Shown here: positions 40,440 to 52,994 of the stretch, piece by piece
How positions within the stretch are numbered: the stretch's first letter is position 1
Layout of the letters: the number at the start of each line of letters is the position of its first letter
NCBI GenBank assembly: GCA_013239625.1
Contig: MU054187.1
Coordinates: forward strand, 7,203,757 to 7,267,756
Direction of reading: 5' to 3'
From: Lama guanicoe
Lineage: Eukaryota
Length of the DNA stretch: 64,000 bases
Notes under the pieces: generated by a model
What the model was told of the DNA's origin: nothing
What the model saw: the letters and a program-made list of their open reading frames with translations, nothing else
The model's database searches: none
Translations under genes and position numbers: made by a program

Positions 40440-41500
40440 GAACAAGGTCCGGGTCAGACCCTGAAGGTGTGTGATCAGGCCCTGGGGATGGTCCTTGGTG
40501 CTTGCCCACACTTGCTCACTTGTGGCTTTGAGGTCGGGGGTCGCCTCTTCTACAGTGTAATAATGTCAGATGAACTCCGATGCCCAGTGGTCTCGGACGG
40601 ACCACTTGACCTTGGGTTGCAAGTGGCGACTAGGAGCAGCTGGCCGAGGTGACTTGTGTTCTCGCATACGGCTCACACCAACAGCCAGACGGCCCTCACC
40701 CCATACATCTGAGACGAGAACCTGGATACTTCCAGCCGGATGAGCTTCTCCTGTGGAGATGCTGCAGCTTTCTGGGAACTGGGTCACCAGGCTGGCCCCA
40801 TTTCGGGACAAACAGTCCGCATTATGCCAGATGCCTACTCCAAGCCTATGCAGGCAGGACAGACGGGGTTCATCCTCCATGACAGCTCATCTATGGGGAG
40901 CGGCTCCCTAGAGAGCCGTGTGAGTAAGAATTCTGAGGCCTCATCTGGGTTCAGCACAAACATAAACGTAGGCCTTGATCAGTGATGACGTCTGCTGGGG
41001 CGCTGGGGAGGGCTGCTGGGGCTGCATGACCGAGCTGGAAACCTCATTCCCCGGGAATCCTTCAAGTGCTGCTTTAGTCCAGCAGGGACGTAGACTGCTA
41101 TTCAACAGACGGCCACATCCACACACACACAGGTGTGTGATGATGGAGTAACTCCTTCAGCTGGGTGACAACACCACGAACCCAATGTCCAAAGACAATT
41201 CCAGTCTGTGGTCAGTGCTACAAGACCTACTGGACCCACTCGTGATTTTGAGTACCACCACGGATATCTATTCCTGGACACCACCTGGTCCTTCACAGCC
41301 TTTTAATTCCAAGGATGCAGGGGCTGGTTCAGTGCCATTTGAAATCTCTGAAAGCCGAGGCTAACTTCTGGTGCTTTCCCCGTCACTTCTAGCATCCCCT
41401 CGCATCCCCCCTCTGCCAGCGCACATCCTGGAGTACCAAAGAAAACACAGTGTACCATTCCTAACCCAGAAACCCCAGGTCTCTGAAATATATTTAGGCT
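40440..41500 (-). mobile_element. Probable highly degraded ERV-L internal (pro/pol) relic
   Basis: Minus-strand fragments KDQVV...VGPVG...LGSW (~41290-41170) and DELSWRM (~40890-40870) resemble the ERV-L protease (GGQVI..VGPVG..LSSW) and RT (DGSWRM) motifs, in the expected order. Confidence 0.4.
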
Positions 41501-41880
41501 TTTTATGCCAAAACCCTGCCTGACTTCCACCCCTCTGCCTGAGCTATTGATCTGCCAGGTACATGTGCTCATGACTAGTCAAACATGGCATCCACAGGGA
41601 ATTTAATGAAAGAAATCTACAGAAGGGACCCATGCGCCCACCTACTGTCTCTCCTCCTCATCAAGAGAAGAAGCAAGGGTGCACATCTGGTGCAACGAGC
41701 ACCAGCTGTTAAGTAAATTCATAATCCGGAATCTGTACCTTCCCATTGACTCCTGGCTTGTGTACCAGCACAGGTGACCCACAGTTCATAGCGAACAGGG
41801 ATTCCTGAGAGCATGTAGTCATAGTCATGAAAAAGAGACGAAGACCCTATTTTGAACTTACCAAGGCCATCTTGAATATG

Positions 41881-42150
41881 CAGTTGTCCCTCCGTATCAG
41901 TGAGGACACCAAAATCCACGGATGCTCAAGTCCCTGATATAAAACGGAGTAGGATTTGCATCTAACCCGGGCACCTCCTCCTGTTACTTTAAATCATCTT
42001 CGAATTACTTATGGTATCTCATACAATGTAAATGCTATGCAAATAGTTGCCAGTGTGCAGCAAATTCAAGTTTTGCTTTCTGAAACTGTCTGGACATTTT
42101 TTCGAATATTTCAAATTTGCAAATGGGGAACCCATGGATACGGAGGGCTG
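41881..42150. mobile_element. TcMar-Tigger MITE (MER2-like)
   Basis: TIR-like ends CAGTTGTCCCTCCGTATC and GATACGGAGGGCTG; internal CCAAAATCCACGGATGCTCAAGTCCCT. Confidence 0.85.
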
Positions 42151-42511
42151 GGGATACATGGAGGCCTCTCAGCCTTTTCCGTTCCTGGTTACGTTAGGTT
42201 ATTGAGTAATCTAATTGCTGAGGAGCATCCTTCTTTCTTCTCATGACTCATTCAAACTGTACAGTACCAGCCCCTCTGTGAAAGCACCCACTGGATGCTC
42301 ATCTCAGGAAGCAGGCATTTGACTTTGCTTTCGTAGACGTTTGGCACAAGGAGGTCTTGTGTCCTTTGATTGGCGCAGTTCTGGACTGGAAGCATCCACA
42401 GTTCTCCGCCTGGCCCACCTCCCTCTAACCCAGTAATTTTCACATGATTTAAACCTCAGAATGCTTTGTGCTTTTTTTTTTTTTTTGGGTCAAATGGAAT
42501 TCCACCCAGAA

Positions 42512-42924
42512 CTCTGTGCCAGTAACAAAGCACCAAACCAAGTGAGTGGCTTAAGCAACAGAAATTTGCTATCTCAAGGTTGCGGAGGCTGAAAGTCCAA
42601 AGTCAAGCTGTCAGCAGGGTTGGTTCCTTCTGAGGGCTGTGAGGGAGAGTCTGTTCTATGCGTCTCTCCTGGGTTCTGGTATCGCTGGCATTTTGGGCTT
42701 GTAGAAGCATCACTTCAGCTCTGCCTTCATTTCCTGTGTGCGCCTGTCTCTGGGTCCAAATTTCCCCTTTTTATAAGGATGCCAGTCATGTTGGATTAGG
42801 ACCCATTCTAACGACCTCACCTTAATTATCTGCAAAGACCCTATTTCCAAATAAGGTTACATTCACAGGCACTGGGGGTTAGGATTTCAAAATCTTTTGA
42901 AGGGACACACTTCAGCCAATAACA
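42512..42924 (-). mobile_element. MaLR solo LTR (MLT1B/C-like)
   Basis: GTGGCTTAAGCAACAGAAATTT, GGGTTGGTTCCTTCTGAGGGCTGTGAGGGAGA and CTGCAAAGACCCTATTTCCAAATAAGG. Confidence 0.88.
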
Positions 42925-43089
42925 AATCCCAGTTATAAAACATAAAGGTAGATCTACTTACCTTGAAGTGGGGGAGGGGCCTCTCTGCCCAATGCCTTTC
43001 CCTTCCTTTCTCTTTTCCCCCTTCCTCTCTCTTGACATTCCTTCAAAGCACCCTGAGCCGCACAAAACACTTTAAAAAATCACTGCTCT

Positions 43090-43250
43090 GGGGGAGGGAA
43101 TAGCTCAGCGTTAGTGTGCGAATATGCAGGAGGTCCTGGATTCGATCCCTGGTACCTCCATTAATAAATAAATAAATACATAAATAAATAAGTTAATAAA
43201 TAAACTTAATTATCCCCCCCCTAAAAAAATAAATTAAAAGAAAAGAAAAA
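43090..43250 (+). mobile_element. Camelid tRNA-derived SINE (Vic-1-like) with TSD
   Basis: GGGGGAGGGAATAGCTCAG...GGATTCGATCCC...(TAAA)n..CCCC followed by an A-tail. TSD AAAAATCACTGCTCT (43075-43089) / AAAAATCAGTGCTCC (43246-43260). Confidence 0.88.
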
Positions 43251-44229
43251 TCAGTGCTCCAACAAAACAGGTATGAGGCCACCAGCTGTTTCAGTAGTTG
43301 TCAACGGTCTAGCAGGAGTTATGCCTCACAGTTGTCACAGTTACACCTTACACTTACACAATGTTCTCTGTCAATTAGATCTCAATAAAGCTCGGGGGGA
43401 GATTAACATTTAAACTGAAAATTAAAGAGTTAGGACCTGCATATACCGATTTAACGTTAAGTCAATATTAAACAACCCAGACGTGTGACATGTCACTGTG
43501 GACAGCAGCCCCAGGGGGGAGCATGGGAAGGCTGTGAAGCCCGCAGCGGGGAGGGCTGGTAATGCAACCGTCTCCATCAGAAGACCAGCTCTGTGGAGCC
43601 CAGCTGCCTCACGTGGGAGAGTGAGCTGTTTCCCACCAAACCCTAACCATCCATTCACAAAATGCTGGCAGCACTTTCTGATGGGAGCCAAACGACCCAT
43701 TAACACAGACCAACAGAACCTCAGTGACACACGCAAGTCAGCCAAGAGCTGGTTTATTTGCTGGCCCTCTTTGTTCCTCTCACTGCCAGATCCAGTACCT
43801 TCCCAAATCGCAGAGCCGGGAAGACCACTTTCAACCTACTACAATTTAATTTCTGAAGGTTCCCAGCTGCCCAATTGTTTACAATACACACAGGGTTGTC
43901 CTTCTTGCAGCCCCGGCCAGACTGACTGTTGGTCACCTTGGAGCAGCAAAAAGCAGGGAGAAGCACCTGCTGGCCCCAGGAGAGCACTCATCACCTTCCA
44001 TCTCCTCCACCCTGTGTCCGCATTGCTTCTCAGGCACTTTGGTTTCTATTCAATTCTTCATGGCAGTGTTAGGACAACACCCTTATTCTGTGAAATCTGT
44101 ATTCATACCATCAAGATGATGGACTGGAAGGACTCTTCCACCAGAATCCCAGAATGCAATCACAGATATCCTTCCCAAACCTTTTTTAATCCATCCTGAT
44201 CATATTAGTGGATAAACCAAGTATGACAT

Positions 44230-44793
44230 CAGTTCTGCTCTGAAAGAATAGATGTGTCCCTAAAAAACTGCACAATAAAAACTACAGGGCTTATGGGGGA
44301 AACGGGGTCAGGGGGACAACATTCAAAAATTTAGTCAGTGGCATATAAAAAAATGTGAAGCTATTAAAAATGGTGGCATAGTTCTGCATATATTAAATGG
44401 TTAAGAAATGGGTGAATAATATAATAAATATGGTGTTTTACCTAGAAAGAAAAAGGTCTGCACTTTTTCACTTGTGAAAGTAGATGACAGAGGGTTACAG
44501 CTTGTGAGTCGTTGTGAAGCGGTGGAAGAAAAAATACCTGAAATTTGATGGAAAGTTGTAACTCAGCTCACACATGTGGTGAACCAAGGTAACTGGGGGT
44601 GTATGAGGTGTGTTCGCACCTACATTTTGTGTTTTTCTACACAATTTGGTTCCGCTGGGTGAAGCTATCTGTGTTTGCTTATTTTTCTCATGGACAGACT
44701 CATGCATGAGCAAATGTAAAACTTGCATTACTTTGAAATTGTTCCCTAATACATCAATCACACATCTCCAAAGCGAGCATTATAGCAGAACTG
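44230..44793. mobile_element. TcMar-Tigger-like DNA transposon fossil
   Basis: Inverted termini CAGTTCTGCT (44230-44239) and AGCAGAACTG (44784-44793). Confidence 0.6.
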
Positions 44794-45552
44794 CCTAGAC
44801 TTCAATTTATACCCTCTGTCAGAGAAGGTCATGCCAGCTTCTCCAAACACACTCATCCTCTACCTGCAGAACATCCCCGGCCGTGTTAATCACCAGTTTC
44901 ATCCTTGTTACTTTTAAGCACCAGCTGCCCTCTGCCACCAGACCATTCCAAGGCCAGGGAGTAGACACATCGGTGATGTGAATTGACTAACAGTAAATTC
45001 CACGAAAGTCCTTGAGACAGAAAACGAGATTCAGCTGCCCATTTCATGCCTGTGTTGGATTAGCCACCTACAAAGCTGGTAGGAAACCAACTTCATCAAA
45101 CTTTTCAGGGGCTTTTCAAAATTATCTGTTGCAGGAATACGAAGCCCAGGTCCCAAGTAACATCACGGGTCACCTCAGGCTCCCCACTTTTTTCTTTCAT
45201 GGTGCTGAACTGCATGCAGAGATTCCCACTCAACATTTTAATTCACATAATAATACCAAAAAATACGGTTATTTGGGGGCACAGCAAAGATTGTTATGTT
45301 ATCTAGTGTGACGCACCCCCCCACACCATGGGAGACCCAGATTTGTTAGGACATGACCCAAAAGCAGAGACAGACACAGAGGCCTCCTGGGAAGATGAGA
45401 GTGTGTCCCTGGTGGTGAGGAACCGGGTCAACGATGTCAGATGCCAGGACAGGGTGGGTTGGGTCAATCTCTGCGCTGCGTCCAGGGAGAAGAAACCTGC
45501 TTCAGGTCTTGTTCGGAGCTTCTCTTTCCCTCAGAGCTCTCGGGGTGCTTCT

Positions 45553-45848
45553 CAGGGCTCAGCCCTCTTACGACTTGATCCTCCCTCCTTCTCTGTGCCA
45601 AAGCCAATATCCCAGCTTCTTTTTTTTTTTCTTTTTTAATTGAATTATAGTCAATTACAATGTGTCGATTTTTGGCATACAGCATAATCCCGGCTTCTCA
45701 GGGCTCAGTCCTCTTATGGCTTGATCCTCACTCCTTCTCTGCACCAAAGCCAATATCCCAGCTTCTTTTTTTTTTTTCTTCTTTTTTAATTGAATTATAG
45801 TCAATTACAATGTGTCGATTTTTGGCATACAGCATAATCCCGGCTTCT
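45553..45848. repeat. Tandem duplication, two units (146 and 150 bp)
   Basis: Units 45553-45698 and 45699-45848 align end to end, with GCTTCT microhomology at the junctions. Confidence 0.95.
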
Positions 45849-45987
45849 TCTTTGCTGGAGCTTAGGGCTCCGCTGTGGCCCTGACAGCGGAGATGGTACC
45901 TTTCTCCTCAGCCTCACGGAAACCATGATACGCCCACCCCCACCCCACCGTATCTTATTGGCTCTGTCAAAGCGCCCCTTTCACAGA

Positions 45988-46137
45988 GGGGGAGGGTATA
46001 GCTTAAGTGGTAGAGTGCGTGCTTAGCATGCATGAGGTCCTGGGTTCAATCCCCAGTTCCTTCAGTAAGTAAATAAATAAATCTAATTACCTTCCTCTGC
46101 AGAAAACTAAATAGATAAGATATTTTTAAAAAAAATA
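45988..46137 (+). mobile_element. Camelid tRNA-derived SINE (Vic-1-like)
   Basis: GGGGGAGGGTATAGCTTAAGTGGTAGAGTGCGTGCTTAGCATGCATGAGGTCCTGGGTTCAATCCCCAG...CTAATTACC. Confidence 0.9.
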
Positions 46138-47744
46138 ATGATGTGCTGGGAGTCCAGTTCCCTGTGCCTCGCTATGGCCTCAAATTCCTTGGCCTTCTAC
46201 TCTCCTCACACCTCATCTGCCCAGATGAGCCAACAGAGACATGGCAGAAAGGGACATTTCCCTTGGTTAGTCATCCCACGGGGATTCATGGGGTCCTTTA
46301 GATCAGCACGAGATCAACCTCATACAAGTTTTCAGTTCACTTTAAAAATATTGTGAGAATTCATTGTGTTACTTGAAAGGAGTCAACTTAGTGACATACA
46401 AGAAACAGCACCTTTATTCTTTCTAAGTAGTATAACTTTAATGCTATTTTGTAATTTCAGATTATACTAGGATATTAGCATTTGTTACCAAGGAACTATT
46501 TTGCACCTTTTCATTAGTGGCATTTGATCAGTATTTGATATTGTGAATGATTTTAGGATTAGACCACGAAGAGGTTTGAAGCAGAAGCCTTAACTTCATA
46601 TCCTAAAATAACTTTAAATGAGTGAAAGAATAAAGCAGGTAGATTTATCTCAATGTGCTAGGAAGCAGCTGACATGATACCTTTTTTCATTTAGTCTTTG
46701 ATGTCACTTGTGAAACAAATTAACTCTCTTGTTACCCATATGGTACATTTAGGGCTCCAGTTGCTTCCTGGCATGATAAAGCTCTGCTTGTCCTAACCAT
46801 GCTTCTACTTTTACTGTGCTGCATTGACTGCAATCTGTTTGATCTGTAGTTCAGTCTGGCTATTGATACTGATTGCAAAAAGGTGAATATACCACCAGAA
46901 ATCCAATTATAAAATTAATACTAATGAAGCTAGACATCCACCCCTCTGTATGTTAAGGCAAAAACACAATTATTTGACTTCTTATTTATAGGACCGATCC
47001 AATGCATCACGTAAAATATAGTCAAAGAGAAGGAAGAAGAACCTTTCTGTGTAGACGCTGGTGTAAAGCAGTTCCAGAAAGAAGGTAGTGAGTAATTTGC
47101 CAAAAAAAAAAAATGTGCTATGGAATCAACGAGTGAGATCATAACAAAGTCACATAGGAAATCGTGATTCCTTGCAGTTAAGACAAAGTAAAAATTAAAA
47201 TATTTTTATGTTGAAAGTTAAAGAGATTGAAGAAAACTGGTTTCTGGTAAAGAGAATCAGATATTAAAAACCTGAAAAGAAGAGTTCAATTGAAAAAGAA
47301 TTTAAAACATTTCCATGGAAAAAAGATTTAGCTTGTGTGATAATATCTGAGTTTCCCTTCCTGCATGCCAAAGGGTTTTGAAAATCATGAAAAAGTCTTA
47401 GCTCTTAATAAAATACACTCAAGAGTTTTTAAAGGTCATGGAAGATCATTTTGGAATTGGAGAAGATAATATTAATGTTTAAATTTTAGGCAAGGTAGAA
47501 CACAAGTCAATGACTTGAAAAAATGGAAAGAATAAAGACACACACAAAAATAACACAGGGGCTGAGAAGAATAAGAATATTCCACGAAGACTTTAGATTA
47601 TATAAGTGAGGTTTAGGGGTCTCAGATCAGGGCGAAAGATGACCCAAGTTGTTTTTCCCATAAACTCTGAAAAGAGTTTACAAGTAGTTTACTTTCCCAT
47701 CTGACAGTACAGGAGTGAACAATTTCAGGTTTAAGTGTCTATGT

Positions 47745-47860
47745 CTGTGCATTTGTATGTGTGTGCATGCATGTACACGTGTTTTGTGTAGCTGTGTGTG
47801 TACCCACATGTGTGCATGTGAGTACATGTCTGTGCGTGTGTGTGCACGTGTGTGTGTATA
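47745..47860. repeat. Degenerate (TG)n low-complexity repeat
   Basis: TG/CA-rich run. Confidence 0.8.
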
Positions 47861-47974
47861 GCTGTATCAGAGGATCCGGGCACTTTCATCCTTCCCACCA
47901 TACATCTCTGAAATTGAGGAAGAGGCCAATCAAAGAAACAGTCATTACAGGACCTCATTCTTATTTTTATTCAC

Positions 47975-48240
47975 TAAGGGAGGCAGAGTATCTCATGGTT
48001 AAAAGCATGATCTTTAGCCACACACACTAGGTTCAGATTCTGATATGCCACTCTGCACTGCATCACATCGGGCAATTAAATTAGTCTTCCCACGGTTCCA
48101 TTTCTTATTCACAAAATTAGAATGGTAGTAATTTCTTCATAAGATTATTTTAAAGATTGGGTGAGATCATGTATAAAGCCCTCAACATCATGCCCAGCAT
48201 CAATGATCAATATGTGAAAATCACTATAATCATTATTTTC
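47975..48240 (+). mobile_element. MIR SINE
   Basis: GGAGGCAGAGTATCTCATGGTTAAAAGCATG...GGTTCAGATTCTG...GTGAGATCATGTATAAAGC. Confidence 0.7.
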
Positions 48241-51200
48241 ACTCATAAACATACTAAGTACTAAACCAGAATGAGACACACCAGAAAGTCCAGCAAGGAA
48301 ATAAGAGATAAAAAGAGAGAACTGAGAACTGACTGGCCGGTGGCTCCCTGTTACTCAGATGGGAATCTGCAGCCTCCGCTCATACAGACCCCACATCCCT
48401 GGCACTGTTTTCTGAGTAGCCTGTGACCCCACAGGCAACTTAAGAAGGAAACTCTTGGAGGCCAGGAATAATGAGTTGCCGTAATAAATTTCATACTAAT
48501 GTGCACTGCCCAGGAGCAAGAATATTAGTTGATGATGACAAATCTAATAGCCTGGTGTTGAATTTAGATATTTAAAGCAGCAAATTACATACTTTTAATA
48601 ACCTCTCTTTGCTAGCGGTCTAAAAGCAGAGAATAGAAAGCTTTTCCTTGGGCCATCTCCCCAAATGAAATCGATCGCCGGGCAGTACGTGCACAAGAGT
48701 ATTTACACGGAAAATATCTACGTAAATTCACAAACACATGCACAGAGAAATGCAGTACATCCAGCTGTGAAAGAATAAAACGGCTTTAAGACATATCAGC
48801 AAATCAGCAACTACATCGCTCAACTGACAGGAAACCCTGTACTTTCTCCTCTTGTCGTTCTGCAAAGAGTATACTGGCTCTGACTAGAATGCATTAAAGG
48901 ACCAGGGTGTCTGGAGATTGAAAAGCATCTTTAAAGGGAAAAGAAGAGAAATGTGATGATTAGAAAAGGAAACAGATGTTCTCACTAGAATAAAAAGCCA
49001 CATTATGAACAGTGGAGGCTCACGACAATTTTAAATAACCCGCCATGGTGTAGCATACGGTCTTGAAAGTTTAATGAAAGCAAAAGTCATTGTATCATCC
49101 TGATAGAAGAGTTTCTTTTTTCTTTTCATGTTTCTTTTTCATTCGGTCTTGGTTCGTTTTCATTTTTGTTCCTCATGACCTGGTATTTGCTTCCATTACA
49201 AGCTAGGACTTTACTAGCAAAAGGGAAATGGACCAAGAAGGTATTTATCTCAATAATTCAGGTAGAAACAATTTATATCGAAGTAGCAAGATGTTTGAGA
49301 CAAAAGAGGATTTGGGCTTGGATTAACCCCAGACCTGGTTTGGCTTCAGACATAAAATTCATGTACTGATGATACCACAATCCCGTGACTTTGATTCATC
49401 CTGTGCACTGAGTCCTGCCTGCACTCTGGGACTCTTATGATCCCGGAGTGTTATCATTACTGTGAGGGCGTCCTGCTGAGCACCGTTACTCAGGTCTCAT
49501 ATTCTGAAAAACTTAGTAAGGGGAAACTGCATGCATTCAACATCTATAAACCCGGAGAGGCTCAGGTTCTAAGTAGCCGAGTGAGTATTGACCAGGAGGG
49601 CTGTCTTCAGATGCTCTGCTTTTCCATAACCTGCCGATAGATGTCAAGCAATGGACCTACAGCTAGACAAATACATCTCCTGAATTATTATTCAGACCTT
49701 TCCCCCTGCTGCCCTCAGTGGAGGGAGGGGGGAAAATTAAAAGATTGAAACAAAACGTAAAACGATCTAAAAGACCTTTTCTCCTTGCCCCTGTGGCTTT
49801 CTGACAACAGACTATTGATGGGAATGGAGCATGAGAAAAACATGGGTGAGGACGAGCGAAGTGTAACGTGATCACGGAAAGGACAGAGCAGGAGGGTGGT
49901 GTGCCCTGGTCTGGGTGTCCTTGGCAAAGAATGTGGAAAAGGCACATCTAGTCTAAAGAGAAGATGTTGTTAACTTTTTACAAAAATATTTTTAAGAAAG
50001 GAAAATAAAATGATTGATTTTTTGGTGGTGGTTTTCCAGTGGGAAGATTAATTTAGAAGGAAGACAACTTCTGAGGAATAAACTAAGTAGGATTCATCTA
50101 GGGAACTGAAACCAAGCAGAATTCTTTGAAATTAAAAGGGATAAAAGGAAGAGTAGAAACTTATTTTAAGATAACAAGGTAAGAAAACGATGCAGAATTT
50201 AAATCAGATTTTAAAGAGAAATAGATATTCACTTGAGGTTAGAAAGGCTGGAAACTGTGAACGGAAGCCATCTGGTGTGACTGTTTAGTTTTAGAAAAGT
50301 GGCAGAAAAAGGTCGATTTGGGGGTTTGTGTTCTTTCACAACAGAACTCAGACTGGGAACCCTGCAGGCAAAGACCGGCTTTTGTTTTTAACACGTTTCC
50401 TCGGAGGGAAGTTGTCTGGAATAGCCCACTGCTTTGGAGTGATTCTGTGTGCTAGAGGCACAGAAGACTCGATCCTAATGACAGAATATTTACTTTCCTT
50501 CTTCCAGGCAGTGGCCAAGTAGAGGTCAGCCAATATCCCTCATGAGATGAAGACAGTGTTATTCCCCAGACTTCACAGATCAGGGGAAGCCCGGGGCTCA
50601 GGCCGCTGCCCGGCACCAGCGGGTGGAGTCCGGGCTGGGCGGTCCTTCCCAGAACAGAGCCCCAGGGGCCGTGCTGCAGAAGGGAGCCGGGCTTTTGGAC
50701 AGGAGCAGGGCTTGGGATGGTGGAGACGGCAGGAGACGCAGGAGGGGGCCCCTCCCTGGAGCCCTTCATGCCTTCTATAGAATTACCATTTTCACCAGTT
50801 CTCTTGTGGAAAATGATGGGGAAACAGAGATCTGTGCCCCATCTGGGGTACCTCGGCCGAGCTCTCTGCAGGGGGAAAAGTAATTTACAAGGAAGAGTGA
50901 AATATCTAACTTCAGAAACAGAACCCTTTGGGGGTTTGAGATAGAGCAAAGTGTGTGCCTGCAGACACAGGACAGAGAACTCTGAGGCTGAGAGGGAGGA
51001 CAAGGAACTTGCTGAGAGACCCCAGAGGACTTAGGGCTGGCCTCAGTTCTGAGCTACGTATTTCAAACCTCTAAGAGGCAAGGAGACCCCAGGCGTATAC
51101 ATCTGGGGTCCATCAGGTTCCTGCCCAGCAGAGGGGCCCCCTCACAGCAGCACAGCTGAAGATGCAAACCCAGAAACGTCCAAGCTGACACTCACGTTAG

Positions 51201-52994
51201 GTGCCCTCCCGCCCGAGCATCAGGCAGTAGAGCTGCCAGCTGTGTTCGAGCCTTGAGGTACCACACTGTGTACTTCTGCTTTTTGAATGCGTAAGAAAGG
51301 GATGACTCTGCTGAATGGCCCTGTGGATGGAAGGCGTATTTCTCAGAGGAGAAGGAGTGAATGCCGTGAGTCCATCCACGCTCCCTGCGGGGACAGAGGG
51401 CCCAGTGGCCATGGGTCCAAGCGGTCAGTTAGACAAGGAGCCAAACCGAAGGAACCAGTCAAGCCCATATTCACTCCCTGTGACCGTGTGAGCAGGAGAC
51501 AGGACGTGCTGGCTCCCCAGGTTCCGTTTTCCCCACGGAACCGGGCCCATGTAGGGGTCAGGTGTGCTGGTGTGCATGGGGCGTGGGGGGTCATGTCACT
51601 TACAGGGGAGCCCCACACCAAGGGCCCCTGCTGTTCTGTAGACCTGGGGGCCAGGGGAGTGAGGCGGGAAGGGCCAGGAGGGAAAAGTGTTGCATCTGAA
51701 TCAGATGGAGACCATGTTTTCAAGCCCCTCTCCCCGTAAGGTGGTCTCAGCAGAAGCACCTGAGAAGGGCCCCTGCGGGGAGCTACTTCACAATTAGGCC
51801 TCCAAACGGAGGCCCCTAGACGAGCAGGGCTGGGGGAGGGGGAGGGCTGGGCCCTTGACTGGACCGCGTGCCCTGGCCGGCACCGAGCTGGTGCGGGGAG
51901 GGGCCCGCCCGGCAGGGGCTCTACCATCGCTTGTGGTCGGGCCTGAAGGAGTGCACAAAGGGTTGTGGCCTAGAGCCAGACTCCTCACCCCTGCTTAAAC
52001 TTTTTTATGCCAAAAATGATCCATTATTTAGTCCTATCAAAAACGAATACTTTTATATTCACAACACAATATCCATTTTCCCCATAAACAAATGGAAGGA
52101 GGCTCATTTTTCGGTGAAACAATGGTGTCAACATATAGAAAGATACAAAGAGGTCTAACAGGACACTTCGCGTTGCAGCCGGGGATCAGCTCTGCGTGAT
52201 AATCTGCTTCACAGCAGCCTTCCGGATTTGTTTTCTCCGGTGTTTTAGAATGCTGGGAGGGTTTTTTCAGCAAGGCAATAAATAGATTCAATGTTTGAAG
52301 GAAGAAATATATTGCTTTGTTTGGTTTACATTTCTTTCTGTGAGTGAATTCAACCTATAAAGTCCCAGCGGAGACAATGCCTTGATTAATCAAATAATCC
52401 TTTTCTTATCAGTTAATACATCCTCTCGGAAAAAGCAAGACCTAACTGTGTGATTTCCTCGTCCAACATGAGAGTCTTGCTGGTGGCGGATGCATTAACC
52501 GTTGAAACCTCTCAACCTGCCCAACCTTCACTTGGTACTTGTGCTCTGTGAGAGCTTCACCTCTGGCATTGCTGTCATTGAATGGGTGGCACTGACCTGA
52601 GGAGCTGTCAACCGAGGGTCCAGATGAGGGGGCTCAGAGCCAGGCGTGTCCCTGTGAAGAGCCCACCCTGCCCACCGCCCACCTCTGAACAGAGACGACT
52701 CTTCCCAGGAGGTCAGCAGCCTCTCCTGAGAGTGCAGTTTGGTTTCAGGTCCAATCCGTCCCCCAGGGACCTGTCATCCTATTCACAAGGGTCATAAAAG
52801 CTCCTTAAACTCCGGAGCCTTCTCACAATTCTGGATCTCCAGTCCCTGCTAAGATGCATATGTAAGGCTTACCCCATCCAGACACAACCTAATCACTTTC
52901 CTTATAATAATTCAGTTAATCCAAACAGATATATTCCACTCATGGGCTAGATACAGTATTATCACCCTCATTTTTAGAGGAGGAAACAGACGTT

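Noticed and set aside
40566..41000. HNADCLSR and ITDQG resembling Gypsy RNase H and integrase motifs
   Set aside because: They are in the wrong order for a Gypsy pol and lack the flanking motifs. The region fits a decayed ERV-L or chance better.
43498..44199. 233-aa ORF on the + strand
   Set aside because: It starts at GTG, has no recognisable domain, and its composition is typical of non-coding DNA. Probably a chance ORF.
50452..51927. Overlapping 150-194-aa ORFs on both strands
   Set aside because: Explained by stop-codon scarcity in a GC-rich patch. The translations are Pro/Gly/Arg-rich with no recognisable homology.
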